From Anolis carolinensis (lineage: Eukaryota), in NCBI RefSeq assembly GCF_035594765.1, contig NC_085841.1, positions 329,725,402-329,789,401 on the forward strand: a stretch of DNA of 64,000 nucleotides. The letters are read 5' to 3'. Positions 49,741-62,325 of this stretch are shown one piece after another (positions within the stretch are counted from its first letter, which is position 1; each line of letters starts with the position of its first letter). A program made the translations under genes and the position numbers. A model generated the notes under the pieces. It did not search any database, was not told where the DNA came from, and saw only the letters and a program-made list of their open reading frames with translations.

Positions 49741-52271
49741 CTCTTGATACCTCAAGTCTAGATATTTGAATTTCCAATGTGTCATGTGAGCTACCTCATT
49801 CTAGTTCAAGTGTAAGGTGAAATCATTGGTGCCTTGTCAACATGTCCTACCCTATGCCTTCCCAACCAATATCAGATTTAGCAGCAAAACATTGTTTGTT
49901 TTCATCCAAATCAGGAAAATTGTTTTTTTTTTCTCAAACCCAGTTTGGATTACATTGCAATTCTGGTTTGCACATAACCTGTAATTTGTCTTGCTAAATG
50001 TGATAACAAACCATGATGATGTCAGTTTCTAAATCAGAACTTTTATGGGAAAGTTTAGGGTGTGCAACTGCAGTAGGATGCGGAGAGCATTTTTTCAGGT
50101 GCTTGAAGACACCTGTTAGTTTTTAGATTTGTACATCTTTTTAATTATAAGTACTACAGTAATATTTGTAGTTACTTTAGTCATATGCAGAGTGGAAAGA
50201 ACAGGATTTGACTTCTGCAGCTGTGTCAGAAACTTTTCTTTCCCTTCTCCAGAGTTGCTCTTCAGTGTTACTGGGCAAGAAGTGTGCTGTATACTCACCC
50301 CCTTTCCAGCCCTCTCCTTTTGCTCATGCTGATTCTAATTCTAGCAAAACTTCTTTGTTTCAGTAATTTTGGTGGTCATTTTTCCTATGAGGGTGCAGAA
50401 CTGTGCCTATGCACTGAATTTTACCCCTTCCCCAATTTAAAATCTGTTTGCATCTGGTTAAAATGTCACTTTTCTTTGAAGGGTCATAGTAAGGTGACAG
50501 ATGACATAACAGGCCTTTTTTGGGGGGTGACGGTTTATTTACTTACTCTCCCCATGGTTTGTTACAAGTAGATTGTCTGCCATCCTATTCAGTTCATAAG
50601 CCAGATATATGATCTCATAACTTTTTGGGATTTATGGTTGCAGGAGTTAATGAACATATAAGACCTCAAAGCCCTACTTCTTAAGTCAGTATCTCAACCA
50701 AGGGAGTTTGAAGGCACTGCAGATCAGGGTATTGGGAAATAATGACAGCAGGGCTCTCTTGATCACAAAGTGTGTGATGGGAGAAGCAGCTGCAGCAGGA
50801 CCTTTCAGTCAGAATCCTAGAGGTGGAAGAGACCATAAGAGCCATCCACTCCAACAGTCTGCCATGCAGGAATATAGAATCAAAACACCCCCGACAAATG
50901 GCCGTCTGACCCAGCCTCTACTTAAAAGCCTCCAGAGAAGGAGACTCCATCACACTCCCAGGCAGCATATCCCACCGCTGAACAACTCTGTCAGGAAGTT
51001 CTTCCTAATGATTAGGTTGTTTCTTTTTTCCTGCAGTTTGAATCCACTGCTCCATATCTTAAGTTTCCACAACAAACCTGCCCCTTCCCCAATTTGACAT
51101 CTTTTCAAATATTTAGAAATGGCAATCGTGTCCCTCTTAGCATGCTTGTCTGAGTCTGCTGGTTGAATGCAGCAATTCTCAATCAGCAGAGCCACAAAAG
51201 AGTGAGGTTCCTGAGGGGTGGCATCTATAGAAGTAGCAACAATGATGCTCCATTATAATACAGGTTTCTTAGCCACTATTTTTTTGTGGAAATGCTTTGC
51301 TTTAACTTGGAGCTTATCTTTTCTACTATTACATAGTAGAATTGCTGTTGTAATACACTCTTATGGTATAAAGATGGATGGCACAATTCAAAAATGGTAG
51401 GCTTGAAAGATAGGCTTCCTACATTTCTCCATTGTAAGACTGAGAATGTTGTGATGAGGAGATCCGCTAAGACGAAGCTAATTAACTCCGCAGAACTTTT
51501 TCAGATTGTGTTTGAGGGAAGATGGCAACACATGAAGTATAGTCCATATTTCTGTGTTCTCTTGACATGGGCTAGGCATTAAAACATGCTATGGGGTGCT
51601 CAGTGCGCATCTTTACACGTCCTTGCCTTTCTGAGTATCTTTGCCCCTAATTTGGAAGCTTTCTCCACTAGCCAAAGGGTTGCTCTTGGAAGTACTTATT
51701 TTTTATAGCACCAGAATTTAACCAGAAGTGAATATTAAGGGAACTTGGTTCATTGAGCAACATAGAACATTGATGAGTTATTTAGGACAGGCTGGGATCT
51801 AGTTATACAATGTTCCCTCACTACTTCTCAGTTCACTTTTCGCTCCCTCGCTGTTCCATGGGTTTTTTTCTGATCAGGGGCATCTGCCAGTCTCCCTTTT
51901 GCGCATGTGCCCTCCTTCTCATCAGCGTACAGCTGGGCCATTCTGGATGCCAATGCACCGGTGAGGAGGACACCAAGAAGAGGCGCAGGAAGAAGGCTTG
52001 CAAAGGGGAGAAAGGCTACTACTCCCCTAATATAATGTGTAAGTATTAAATATGTAAATATTAAATCTATAATATAATGTGTAAATATTAAAATTAATAT
52101 AGTGTCCCTACTTCGTGGATTTTCACTTATTGCGGGTTTTCCTGGAACGTAACCCCCGCAATAAGTGAAGGAACACTACTTACTGTGAAAAACCACATTG
52201 CGAAAAGCAAAAAGCCTTGGTTGCAGCGGTCTCCAAAAAGCCACACAAGTGTTTGGTTGTGCTGTGAGTCT

Positions 52272-52277
52272 TTTATT
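52272..52277 (-). terminator. Candidate RPS6KL1 polyadenylation signal
   Basis: Minus-strand AATAAA with GT-rich cttgtgtgg downstream, ~1.2 kb after the stop. Confidence 0.5.
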
Positions 52278-53509
52278 GGTTTTCAAAATGTTCACAGGCA
52301 AGAAAGTGGAAGATCCATAGAACGGGGTCATAGGAAGTGCTTTTGGATCTCTTTCCCTGTAATAGTGAACTTTTTGCAGAAGAAGCCAGTTTCAGAAGCC
52401 CTGCATGCAAGCTGTGAAATGTGTAGCTAGCTAGCTACCAAAGAATGTCACCTAGCGGTAGTTTAGCAGAAATGCACCAATAAACTGGGATGAGTCAAGC
52501 TGGAATAGCAGCAAGATGTTTCTAGATGAAAAAGTAAGTCAGGTAAGATGTAGCAGGGCACCTACAGGGCAAGGAAGGACAAGAGGTATAATTTGAAAAG
52601 GTGAAATAAGGAATGACAGGGAAGCCAACAGCCATACAGGGCGGGAGAGTGATCTCTTTGGGTCATATATATGTATGGGGGAGGCGAGGGCATACCATCT
52701 GGTAGCTGTTGGGCAACACCCAACTTCCTTTGGGAGCACCAGATTTGGGGCAGGGGAATTCTAATAAAGACAGCCCCAGAGTCACAAACATCCAACTTAC
52801 AAATGATACAGTACGAGGAAATAGAAATCTGTCCCTAAGAAGGGAAATTCACTCCTAAGAGTTATTGTGGGGAAAAGGTGTCTCCACTGAAGCTTTATCG
52901 CCAATCCTTGTTTCCATAATAAGCCACATTTTTTTCAGAATCCAATTATTGCAGGGACAGAAATTGAGGTGAAATCTAAACGGGCACAGACAGCCAAACA
53001 AACCCCAAGGGGAGTTAACCCTTTCCTATGCAATCCAAGGCTAATACATATTTTTGGCTGGAGTTACATTTTAAAAATATACCTGTTCCAGCTGACATAC
53101 ACATTCAACTTAAGAACAAACCTACATAACCTATCTCGTCCATAATTTGGGGACTGCCTGTACATGGTTTTGCACGTAGCATTTACAGAATATTGGGACA
53201 AATATTCTTCAAAGACATATGCAGGGGCATAAACATTCTTACTAAGCCTGGCTTGGTCCCCTGCAGCTGACAGAGGCATAAAGGTAGGAAATAGAATAGA
53301 AGCAGCAGAATGATGAAAACAAGTCTGGACTCAGCATTGGATTTCCCCCTGAGAAGTGCTTGTGGAAGGCTATGGGAGGAGGTGCTTCTGGAAGGCTATG
53401 GAATCATTGCTCGTAAGGGACACAACCCAGCACACAAAACTACCCGGTGTTCTATCCCACAGCTTCAATTTTCATACCCACATCCCCCCCAAAGTCCATT
53501 GTTTGTTTC

Positions 53510-56500
53510 TTAGTATCCAACAAGCTTGTTCCATTGGATGGTGCTGAAGAATGGGTGTGATTTGATTGTGCTCACTCCATCTTCTCCAGAGCCCAAACGT
53601 TGTTTGGGATCATATCTCAGCAGCTGAAAATAAAACATCAGACGGAGAGTAGATCAGACTTCCATTAGATCCCAAGCAGCTTGTTTCTTATAGCTTATTT
53701 GCCACCCCTTGTGCCAGCAAGGCAGCAACCTCACCTCTGAAAGCAGGGAGGAGGCAGCCTTGCTGAGATTTTCTGGAAGGTGGAGCTGCGTGTGAGGATG
53801 AATCCCTGAGGGGTGATTCTGGGATAAAGACTGTAAGAGAGGAAATTAGCTTTTTAGGAAAAAGTCTGGCCTGTGGCAAAAAAATGCTGAGTATAGTAGT
53901 CTGATAGCAACTCAAGTTCACAATGATGACTTCATTTCCAATAGACAAGGAGGGCTTGGCTAATATGTATTTTATCAAAATTAATACTGGACAACAAATA
54001 GTTGAAATAGAGCACAAGGACTATCCAGTCCAGCACCTACCATGCAGGAACACACAAAGCACCCCTCACAGATGGCCCTCCAGCCTCTGCTTAAAACCCC
54101 CCAGAGGAGATTCGACTGCACTCCAAGGCAGCATATTCCACTGACAAACAGCTGTTACTATCAGGAATTTCTTCCTAATGTTTAAATGGAATATTTTCCT
54201 GCAATTTGAATCAATTGCTCTATTTCCTAGTTTCCAGAGTAGCAAAAAAAATCTCACCCCCTCCTCAATGTGGCATCATCTCAAATATTTAAACATGGCT
54301 ATCATAGTGTTATTGTGTGTTTTCCGGGCTGTATGGCCATATTCCAGAAGCATTCTCTCTTGACGTTTCGCCCACATCTAAGGCAGGCATCCTCAGAGGT
54401 TGTGAGATATATATACCTCACAACACAATATACCTCACCACCTCTGAGGATGCCTGACATAGATGTGGGTGAAACGTCAGGAGAGAATGCTTCTGGAACA
54501 TGGCCATACATCCCGGAAAACACACAACAACCCTGTGGTGATTCCGGCCATGAAAGCCTTCGACAACACATGGCTATCATGTTCCCTCTCAGCCTTTTCT
54601 CCAAGCTAAACTTACCCAGTTCATCAATAGGTCTTTGTGCCTTGAACCAGCTTTTCTGGATTGCCCTTCAAGATGCAGCACAAACATGAGATTACTTACC
54701 ACTCCACTCAGTAACTCATAGAGAAGTGCCCCGAAGCTCCACCAGTCACAGGCTTCTGTTAGATCAGATATTCCGCCCACTTCTGCAGAGAAAAAGAACA
54801 GGTTAAAAAGCACTTATGAAAAACAATCCCAGGAGTCAAATCCCTTTGTACAGCTTAGGCAAACACTTTCAACAGAATGCATTCACAGCAAGAGAGTGAT
54901 CTCCATCTTCCTTTCAGGGTGGGGATGGGGGATTCAGGAAGAAGTGTGGGTAGGAGGATAAGCACATTCACGGCTACTAACTGCAGAAGGTAAAAGAAGA
55001 ACAGATGATCTCTTTCTTACCTGGAGCACAGTATAAATCTTCCAGTGCCTGACTGCAACACTGTGGCTCTACCTCACTCCACTGGCCAAAATATGTCAGA
55101 TGGATGTGACCTATAAATCCCCAGAACATTAAGAGTGATTATGTAAAGCTATACATAGTAATAATACAACTGCTTTTAACCTCCCCAAATAAAAGCTTTT
55201 AAACCTTGGTCTGCAAACAGCGCTGCTGTCACCATAGAAAGAAAATGACATCAGTAGAATTAATCTGAAGGTTATGGAAGTATCAATGCTTTAAAACCCA
55301 ACAAATTTCAAACTGCCACCCTTCTGTTTGGTGCCTGTTCTATTAAATGATGAAAGAGGACATCTACTCATGAAACAGGCTATAGGACTTGGGAAAAGCA
55401 AGGGCCCTGTAACATTAAATTTTAATTAGTATGGCACTGTCCTATGAAATCCTGCTTTTGGCAGTTTAGGAAGGGGTGTTTAGATTTCTCAGAGCTCAAA
55501 TTCCTCACCAAATGCAAATCTTAGGATTCTGTCGACTGGTGCTGTAGCAGTTACAATGGAATCATAGTGCTATAAGTATATAATGTGAAAGGGCCCCAAA
55601 CAAATGCAAGAGGCATGGTCCAAGTGACTTTAGAAATATTTAGAAACTGTCAAGCTGAACAAACTATACATATAGTTTGGAATAATTTTATTTCTCTTCT
55701 TCCTTGAACCCCAAAAACAAGCCTACTTCTACAACTCTTCTAAATCATGGACAAAATGTGCCCTCCATATACTTATCAAGAAACTCTTACCAGCATCATC
55801 TAGAAGCAGGTTTCGTGGGTTGAGGTCCTGGCATAGGATCCCCTGTTGATGGAGACCCTCCAGAGCCAAAAGCAGTTCTGCTGCCCAAATTTGTACCTGA
55901 TTCTCATAAACATCCCAGGCCCTGGTGCCATGATTTTCAAAAGGCTGATGTGCAGTTGGCCCATATTGCTCAGGTGACATTTGGTTTTTGTGCAGTTTGC
56001 TATCAGGAGCAGTCTTTTCTTGCAGAGCATGTCTTTCTTCTCTCCTGTGTGGTCTCTCCCACTGACTCTTCTGGCTGCAGTGGTTCTGGAGAGGAGACCC
56101 AGGACACGTTTGGTTTTGCCGTGGGAGAGATGCTGGGTGACGCGAAAGCCGACAGAGTCTGCGACGCTGAGTGTCCGTCTTTGGTGTGCTGCACCCTCTC
56201 GCTGCTTTGGAGATGGGCTGGCTAGATCTCTCACCTGGATGTGTTGCTGGTTCCTGATGAGGACTGTCTTTCTCATTTATGCCGTTGATACCATTGATTG
56301 CAACAAGTGAGTTACATGACCGAAAATTTAGACCCTGGTTGGCCGAGCGGCTACGTCCCCGAGGTGCTGATTTGAAGTTAGATTCTGTCGCAGCAGGCAA
56401 AGTGTGTGTTGTGCTTGATTCCTTCCCCCCATGAATTCCCTGCCCCCTGAATTCAGTTGTTGCTGTGGTGTGAGTGTGGCTGGGTGACTCCTTCCGAGAT

Positions 56501-59500
56501 GACAAACCATCAACACTTCTCAACTGACCGTGATTAGAGCAAGCAGGGATCTGGCCAGCATTGTTCCTGGTGTGGACACTGCAGTTCTGCTGAGACCTAG
56601 TCTTGGCTTCCTGAGAGCTTCCTATGAGCTGATCCTCTCTGGTGTGCTCTGTAGCCAAGCTGAGTTTTGAACTCCCCAATGGACAGGAGCAGTCGGAAGC
56701 ATCATAATGCTGGGAACGAGGCTGCGAACGAAGATGGGACCAGAGGGTTCCTCCTGCAAGGGATGAACAAGGAAGGAGAACAAAAATGGCTATATGAATA
56801 ATTTCAGCTGCAGGTCTCCAAAGATACCCAGGCATCTTTGTCACTACAAGAAGCATCAGACATCAGTGGAGGCAAACCTCCACTCAATAAATATTGCAAA
56901 GACAATGCTGCCTCTGTATTTCCATAAGACAGAGTCAATTTGAAGACACATAATGGAAGCATGGTAGAACAGCCGCAGAGGAAGGCAAAAAAGCAAAGCC
57001 CTTTTGAACTAATATTGCCAAGAAAATCCAATGGTAGTGTCATCTTGGGATAATCATAAACCAGAAATTAATAGAAGATACAAAATAACCACAGCAAGGG
57101 ATGGGGGCATTGGTGGTGAGTGGAGGCTTTTTACTACAGAATCCCACTCTTCTCTGACCCTGACAAAAGAAGAAAAGATACTCAAATCTTAGAGGTGTTA
57201 GAGTGATTTCCTCTCCCATTAATAATGTCAAAGAGAGGGGAAATGTTCTAAATGTTAAACTGAAAACTTTTATTCTTGACCCATCCCCTTCTGCTTAGTC
57301 TGTTGAGAGCTGGCACAGCTTAAGAAGCACCAGCTTGTCTACCATGATTCCTGTTTGTTGTTGTTGTTTATTCGTTCATTTGCTTCCATCTCTTCGTGAC
57401 CTCATGGACCAGCCCACGCCAGAGCTTCCTGTTGGCTGTCGCCACCCCCAGCTCCTTCAAGGTCAAGCCATGATTCCTCCCTACCCTCAAAGGATTGCTG
57501 AATAAGATTAACCTATTATATTCATTGGAAGCATTTACCCATTACTTTCTTTCCCCGTGTCAGAAACAAATTGCAGTCGCTTCTGGTGTGAGAGAATTGG
57601 TAGTCTGCAAGGACATTGCCCAGGGGATGCCCAAATGTGTCACCATCCTGTAGGAAGTTTCTCTCATGTCCCCGCATGGGAAGCTGGGGCTGACAGACGG
57701 GAGCTCAGATTCGAACTGCCAACCCTAACTTCAGTAGGTTATCTGCATCCCAGACACAAGTAACCCTATTCAGGCACAAGTCTGTTTTCACACCTTCTTC
57801 TCTTATCTCTTGTTTGCTCTCATGACCAATCTGAATTGGCTGCCGTAATTTGTTTTCCATGGTCTTTCCAGACCCATCATCACTTATAATTTTTCTCCAA
57901 CATACAAAACAATATTAGATAGCTCTGAGCAGTACTGGATTGAGGACAAATGAGACCTTTAAATTTAGAATTGCACCACATAAGCAAAATCCATTGTAAA
58001 AATAATTGGGCAGGAAGATGGGGCCCGCTGGCCAATGGGACCCTGTGCTTCAGCACACCAAAGCACAATGGTAAATCCGGCACTGGCGCTGAGCCTCACG
58101 GGCTTTCTGTAGAAAAGAGCTATATACTCACTCAGTGGTACCACTCACCTTTGACATGCTCCAAATGAAGGAAGATGGAGTCCTCGCTTGCAGAATAGCG
58201 CAACAATTCAACCATGAAGGGCACTCCATGTGGAATTATTGTTTGTCTTCTACGGGTCTCCATGTGGGATTTGGGGAGGCTCTAAAAGCAAACAAAGATT
58301 TAAAGTAATTAAAAACTATGTTTACTGATGCATACAATTTTAAAAATATTAAAACAACAGAGAGGGAGAAACTACATGAAATTACAACCATACCAGACTA
58401 ACACAGTAACCTAAATGAATACATACACAGACCAACAACAAGGAGAATCATATGCAAGTTCCAACTTTCTACTAACATGAGTAATATGAGTCGTGGTGGC
58501 GCAATGGGTTAAGCCGTTGAGTCGTCTGAACTGCTGACCTGAAGGTTGGGTTGCTGACCTGAAGGTTACCAGTTCGAATACACAAGATGGGGTAAGCTCC
58601 CGTCTGTCAGCTCTAACTTTCAGGGACATGAGAGAAGCCTCCCAGCTAACACATCTCAGCGTCCCCTGGGCAACGTCTCTGTAGTCGGACAATTCTCTCA
58701 CACCAGAAGCAACTTGCAGCATGTTTCCAGGTCATTTTTGACACAATAAAAAACCCCAAAAACTATCAAACCTTACTTTCTATACATTACCTGTTAATTA
58801 AGCTACATATTTTTAGTACTATTGTTCTTCAAATCCAACAATTGATACCTATCGCTGCCACTTTCAAAATCTTCTGATTTATCATAATATATAATGGTCT
58901 ATCTTAATATATAATAAATTGTATTTCTAGTTAAATTATCAAATGTTATTAATATAAAATTCACACATTCTTTAAAGTACCCATAAGGTTCTGACCTTAC
59001 AATCATTATTGTAATGATTAATCATTCTAATCTTCAGCATCTCTTATTATCAAATTACTATCACTTTACATGTTAAAACATTTATATGAGAAATTAAAAA
59101 TGGCTAATTAATTATTGTGACAGTAATATCATGCCATAATCATCCTGGTTCTGTTTCCTGACATCTGCAAGCTACCATTATATAGGATGCATAGGAAAAT
59201 TTCGGCCCTCCAGGTGTTTCGGACTTCAACTCTCACAATTCCTAACAGCCGGTAGGCCAAACACTTGGAGGGCCAAAGTTTGCCTATGCCTGGTATATAC
59301 ATTGGTTTAATACCATAATCCAGCAGTTCCCAACTTTGGTCCTCAATGAGTTTCAACTCCCAAAAGCTCTGGCTGTTTGTTAATTTGGCTGGGATTTATG
59401 GGAGTTGAAGTCCCAAACATCTGGAGGACCCAAGGTTGGGAACCATTGCCATAATCCACCCACTTCAAATTAAACTTTTAACACAAGCGTAGACAAAGAT

Positions 59501-62325
59501 TTGATTGGCTTCCTGGGCACAACTGGACTGGAAAAGTCTCACGAATAGTCTTATCAGGGCAAGAGCCAGGCTATCAGTAAGCAGACTGACAGGGCCATCT
59601 CATAACAGCAAGGACCATCATCCCCATCGCCTCTCTTGCTTGTGCAACTCCTCCTCACTTTCTGTCAAACCAACTGACACTTCAATGTCTGACATGGGTA
59701 ACTGTGCAAAGAATGGGAGCCAATTTTTCTCCTGCTTCCATCCCCATCAGGCTAAACCACTACATTTCTACCAGACTGGAAGTGATACGATTATGAGTGG
59801 TGAGAAGAAAGCAACCCAATCCATTCTGGGATTATTTGCAGTATTTTGGAGCATTTGAGGTCAAATAAGGTAAAAATAAAGATTTTCCCTTAAAATTAAG
59901 TCTTGTCGTGTCTGACTATGGGGGTTGGTGCTCATCATCATTTCTAAGCCGAAGAGCCAGTGTTGCCCATAGACATCACCAAGATCATGTGGCTAGCATG
60001 ACTGCATGGAGCGTCGTTACCTTCCCACCAGAGCGGTACCTATTGATCTACTCACATTTGCATGTTTTCAAACTGTTAGGTTGGCAGAAGCTGGGGCTAA
60101 CAGTGGGAGTTCACTTTGCTCCCCGGATTCGAACCACCAACCTTTTGGTCAGGAAGTTCAGCAACTCAGCAGTTTAACCTGCTGCGCCACTGGGGGGTCT
60201 ACTATAATAATGCCCACATTTAAAAAAAATAGAAGGGGGTTAGAAAAGGGATACTTTCTTCATGCCTGTATAAAGAAGCACAGTCTGCATATTTTTACAT
60301 AAAGCCAGCAGGACTAAACTTTTTTTTTCTATTGTTTGGAAGAACAGGAAGATGGGGTGAGGAGGAGAAAGGAAACAAACAGATGTGAAGCTTCAGAAAG
60401 GCAGGACAGGGGATAATGTTGCTTTTCAAGGGACAGAAAAGCTTGTGTTGTTGCTGGCTGTGCTTGTCCTGCAATAGGACACAATGGAGCTCCTACTGCA
60501 CATGCCATATAAAAATCCCCCCACAGGCTTTCCAATAGATTCTCTGGAGCAGTAAGAGATTAAGAAAATTTATTTATTCGATTAAGCTTTTCATTTAGAT
60601 GCAGGCTTTTGTCCCTTCAAGAAAAATGTCTTCAAAAACATTTCCATAGATCCAGCTTACTGGCTCTATAGAACAATCAGAATTTAGCAGAACTCCTCTT
60701 ATGTTAAAAGAAAAGTCTGATTTAACTTCTTCCTGCTATTCCCTGAGTTTTTGAAAAGCTATCTGGTGGGTTGCAAATATTCCAGAAAAACATGAGAGAT
60801 TAACATAGGTGGCTTTGTGGGGAGACGGGAATCTGTGAAGACCACCAGTGAACATCATTTAAGGAATTTGTTATCACAAGGTATAGAGATGTTTCTTCAG
60901 CCCAGGTGGCTTTAAAAGAAAATTATGGAAACGTATGGTACTTTATGGCAAAAGGGAGTATGAATGGCATTATATGGCTCTGACGACCAGCTGCTGGAGT
61001 TCGTGTAAAGTAGTCCAACACTTGGTTCTGTGCTAACATCAAATGACCAACACAAAGGAAGGCAAGGGAAGGCACATACCTTCAGTATAAAGGTTCCTCC
61101 TGTGGCTGGGTCCTGCACAATTTGCACCTACAGGGAATACAAAAGATCAGCAAAGTTTGCAGACCTCTTTTTCGGCAACTGCTCCTTCAATTCTCCAAAC
61201 AGCTAGAAGGCAGAATCTGGGAACCACCATCCAGATTTCTAGTTTGGAATAATATGCCCCTAACTTGTGACATCAGAAATGCAAAGGCAAAAGACCAAGG
61301 ATAGCACTTTGACCGCAGAATACATACTCTATGTCTGCGTGACCAATCTCGGTCATAAATTTTAGAAATCTGGTAGGTAAAGGTTAAGGTTTTCCAATGA
61401 CATTAAGTCTAGTCATATATGACTCTGGGGGTTGGTGTTCATTTCCATTTCCAAGCCGAAGAGCCAGCGTTATCTGCAGACACCTCCATGTGGCCAGCAT
61501 GACTGTATGGAGCACCGTTACCTTCCCGCCAGAGCAGTACCTATTGATCTACTCACATTTGCATGTTTTCGAACTGCTAGGTTGGCAGAAGTAGAAATTT
61601 GGTAAGAACTTTTTATTTGCCAAGTCCAGATCATGAGCACAACGGCAGATTTAACCATGTAACTAACATTTTAGCCTCACCATTTCCACACCTACCATTT
61701 GCATATGGAAAGCAAGCCACTATTCAATTCAATGGGAACCTTTTGCAGTGCAAATTGTAAGTGTGGGAAGTGAACCAAAGTGGGACCCCAGCAGGAAGCA
61801 CAGTATTTAAAGCAGTAGATCTCAACCTGTGGGTCCCCAGGTGTTTTGGCCTACAACTCCCAGAAATCCCAGCCAGTTAGGATTTCTGGGAGTTGAAGGG
61901 TGAAACACCTGGGACCCACCATTTGAGAACCACTGATTTAAACCCTCTTATTTTACCCTTACCAGTTTAGGTTCTTAATCTATATTGGGTTCCTGGGAAT
62001 AATTAAAAGCACCAATGCAGCTGCATGTCCCATATTAAAAGTACAGATTGGACCCAAAGTTTCATCAGACTCATTAAATTATATTGAGGACCTGGCCTAG
62101 AAAGTGGATACCAAATAAATAGTATAGTTTATTAGGGTTCCAATGACTTTTCATTGTTATTGCCAAATCTATATAACATGGCTACTTTTCTGCCCCCAAA
62201 CAAGAAATATCCGGTGCAAACAATTAAGTTACCTTATCAATGATTCCCACAACTTTGCAGCGTCTCAGGTTCTCAATTGGTGTGCTAAGTGTCCTGATTG
62301 GACGGAAGCGAAGGCTGCTGTAACC
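53510..62325 (-). CDS. RPS6KL1: Ribosomal protein S6 kinase-like 1 (pseudokinase), last 8 coding exons; 5' (MIT-domain) exons not found in the window
   Basis: Exons (minus): 62325-62233, 61127-61080, 58281-58149, 56753-55791, 55110-55021, 54782-54700, 53830-53735, 53623-53510 (TAA). Peptides [70 protein letters not shown] and KSHPFF. Confidence 0.93.
54306..54567. mobile_element. Penelope terminal-repeat inverted pair with two hammerhead motifs and a 13-bp TSD
   Basis: TSD ACATGGCTATCAT at 54293-54305 and 54568-54580; inverted arms; similar fold-back at ~47918-48046. Confidence 0.8.
54441..54481 (+). ncRNA. Minimal type I hammerhead ribozyme motif (Penelope-associated)
   Basis: CCT-CTGAGGA-(stem II tgcctgacatagatgtgggt)-GAAAC-GTC-AGG; mirror copy on the minus strand at 54399-54359. 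Confidence 0.65.
57355..57470 (-). mobile_element. RTE/BovB-like LINE 3' end fragment
   Basis: (CAA)n tail on the minus strand and gtgacctcatggacc..cacgccag 3' motif. Confidence 0.55.

Larger units (their letters stand above)
54005..54625 (-). mobile_element. Old CR1 3' fragment interrupted by a Penelope fold-back
   Basis: Similar to the 3' end of the intact CR1 (acagatggcc.tccagcctctgcttaaaa); other CR1 3' fragments at ~20665-20800, 24112-24215 and 50810-51140. Confidence 0.7.
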
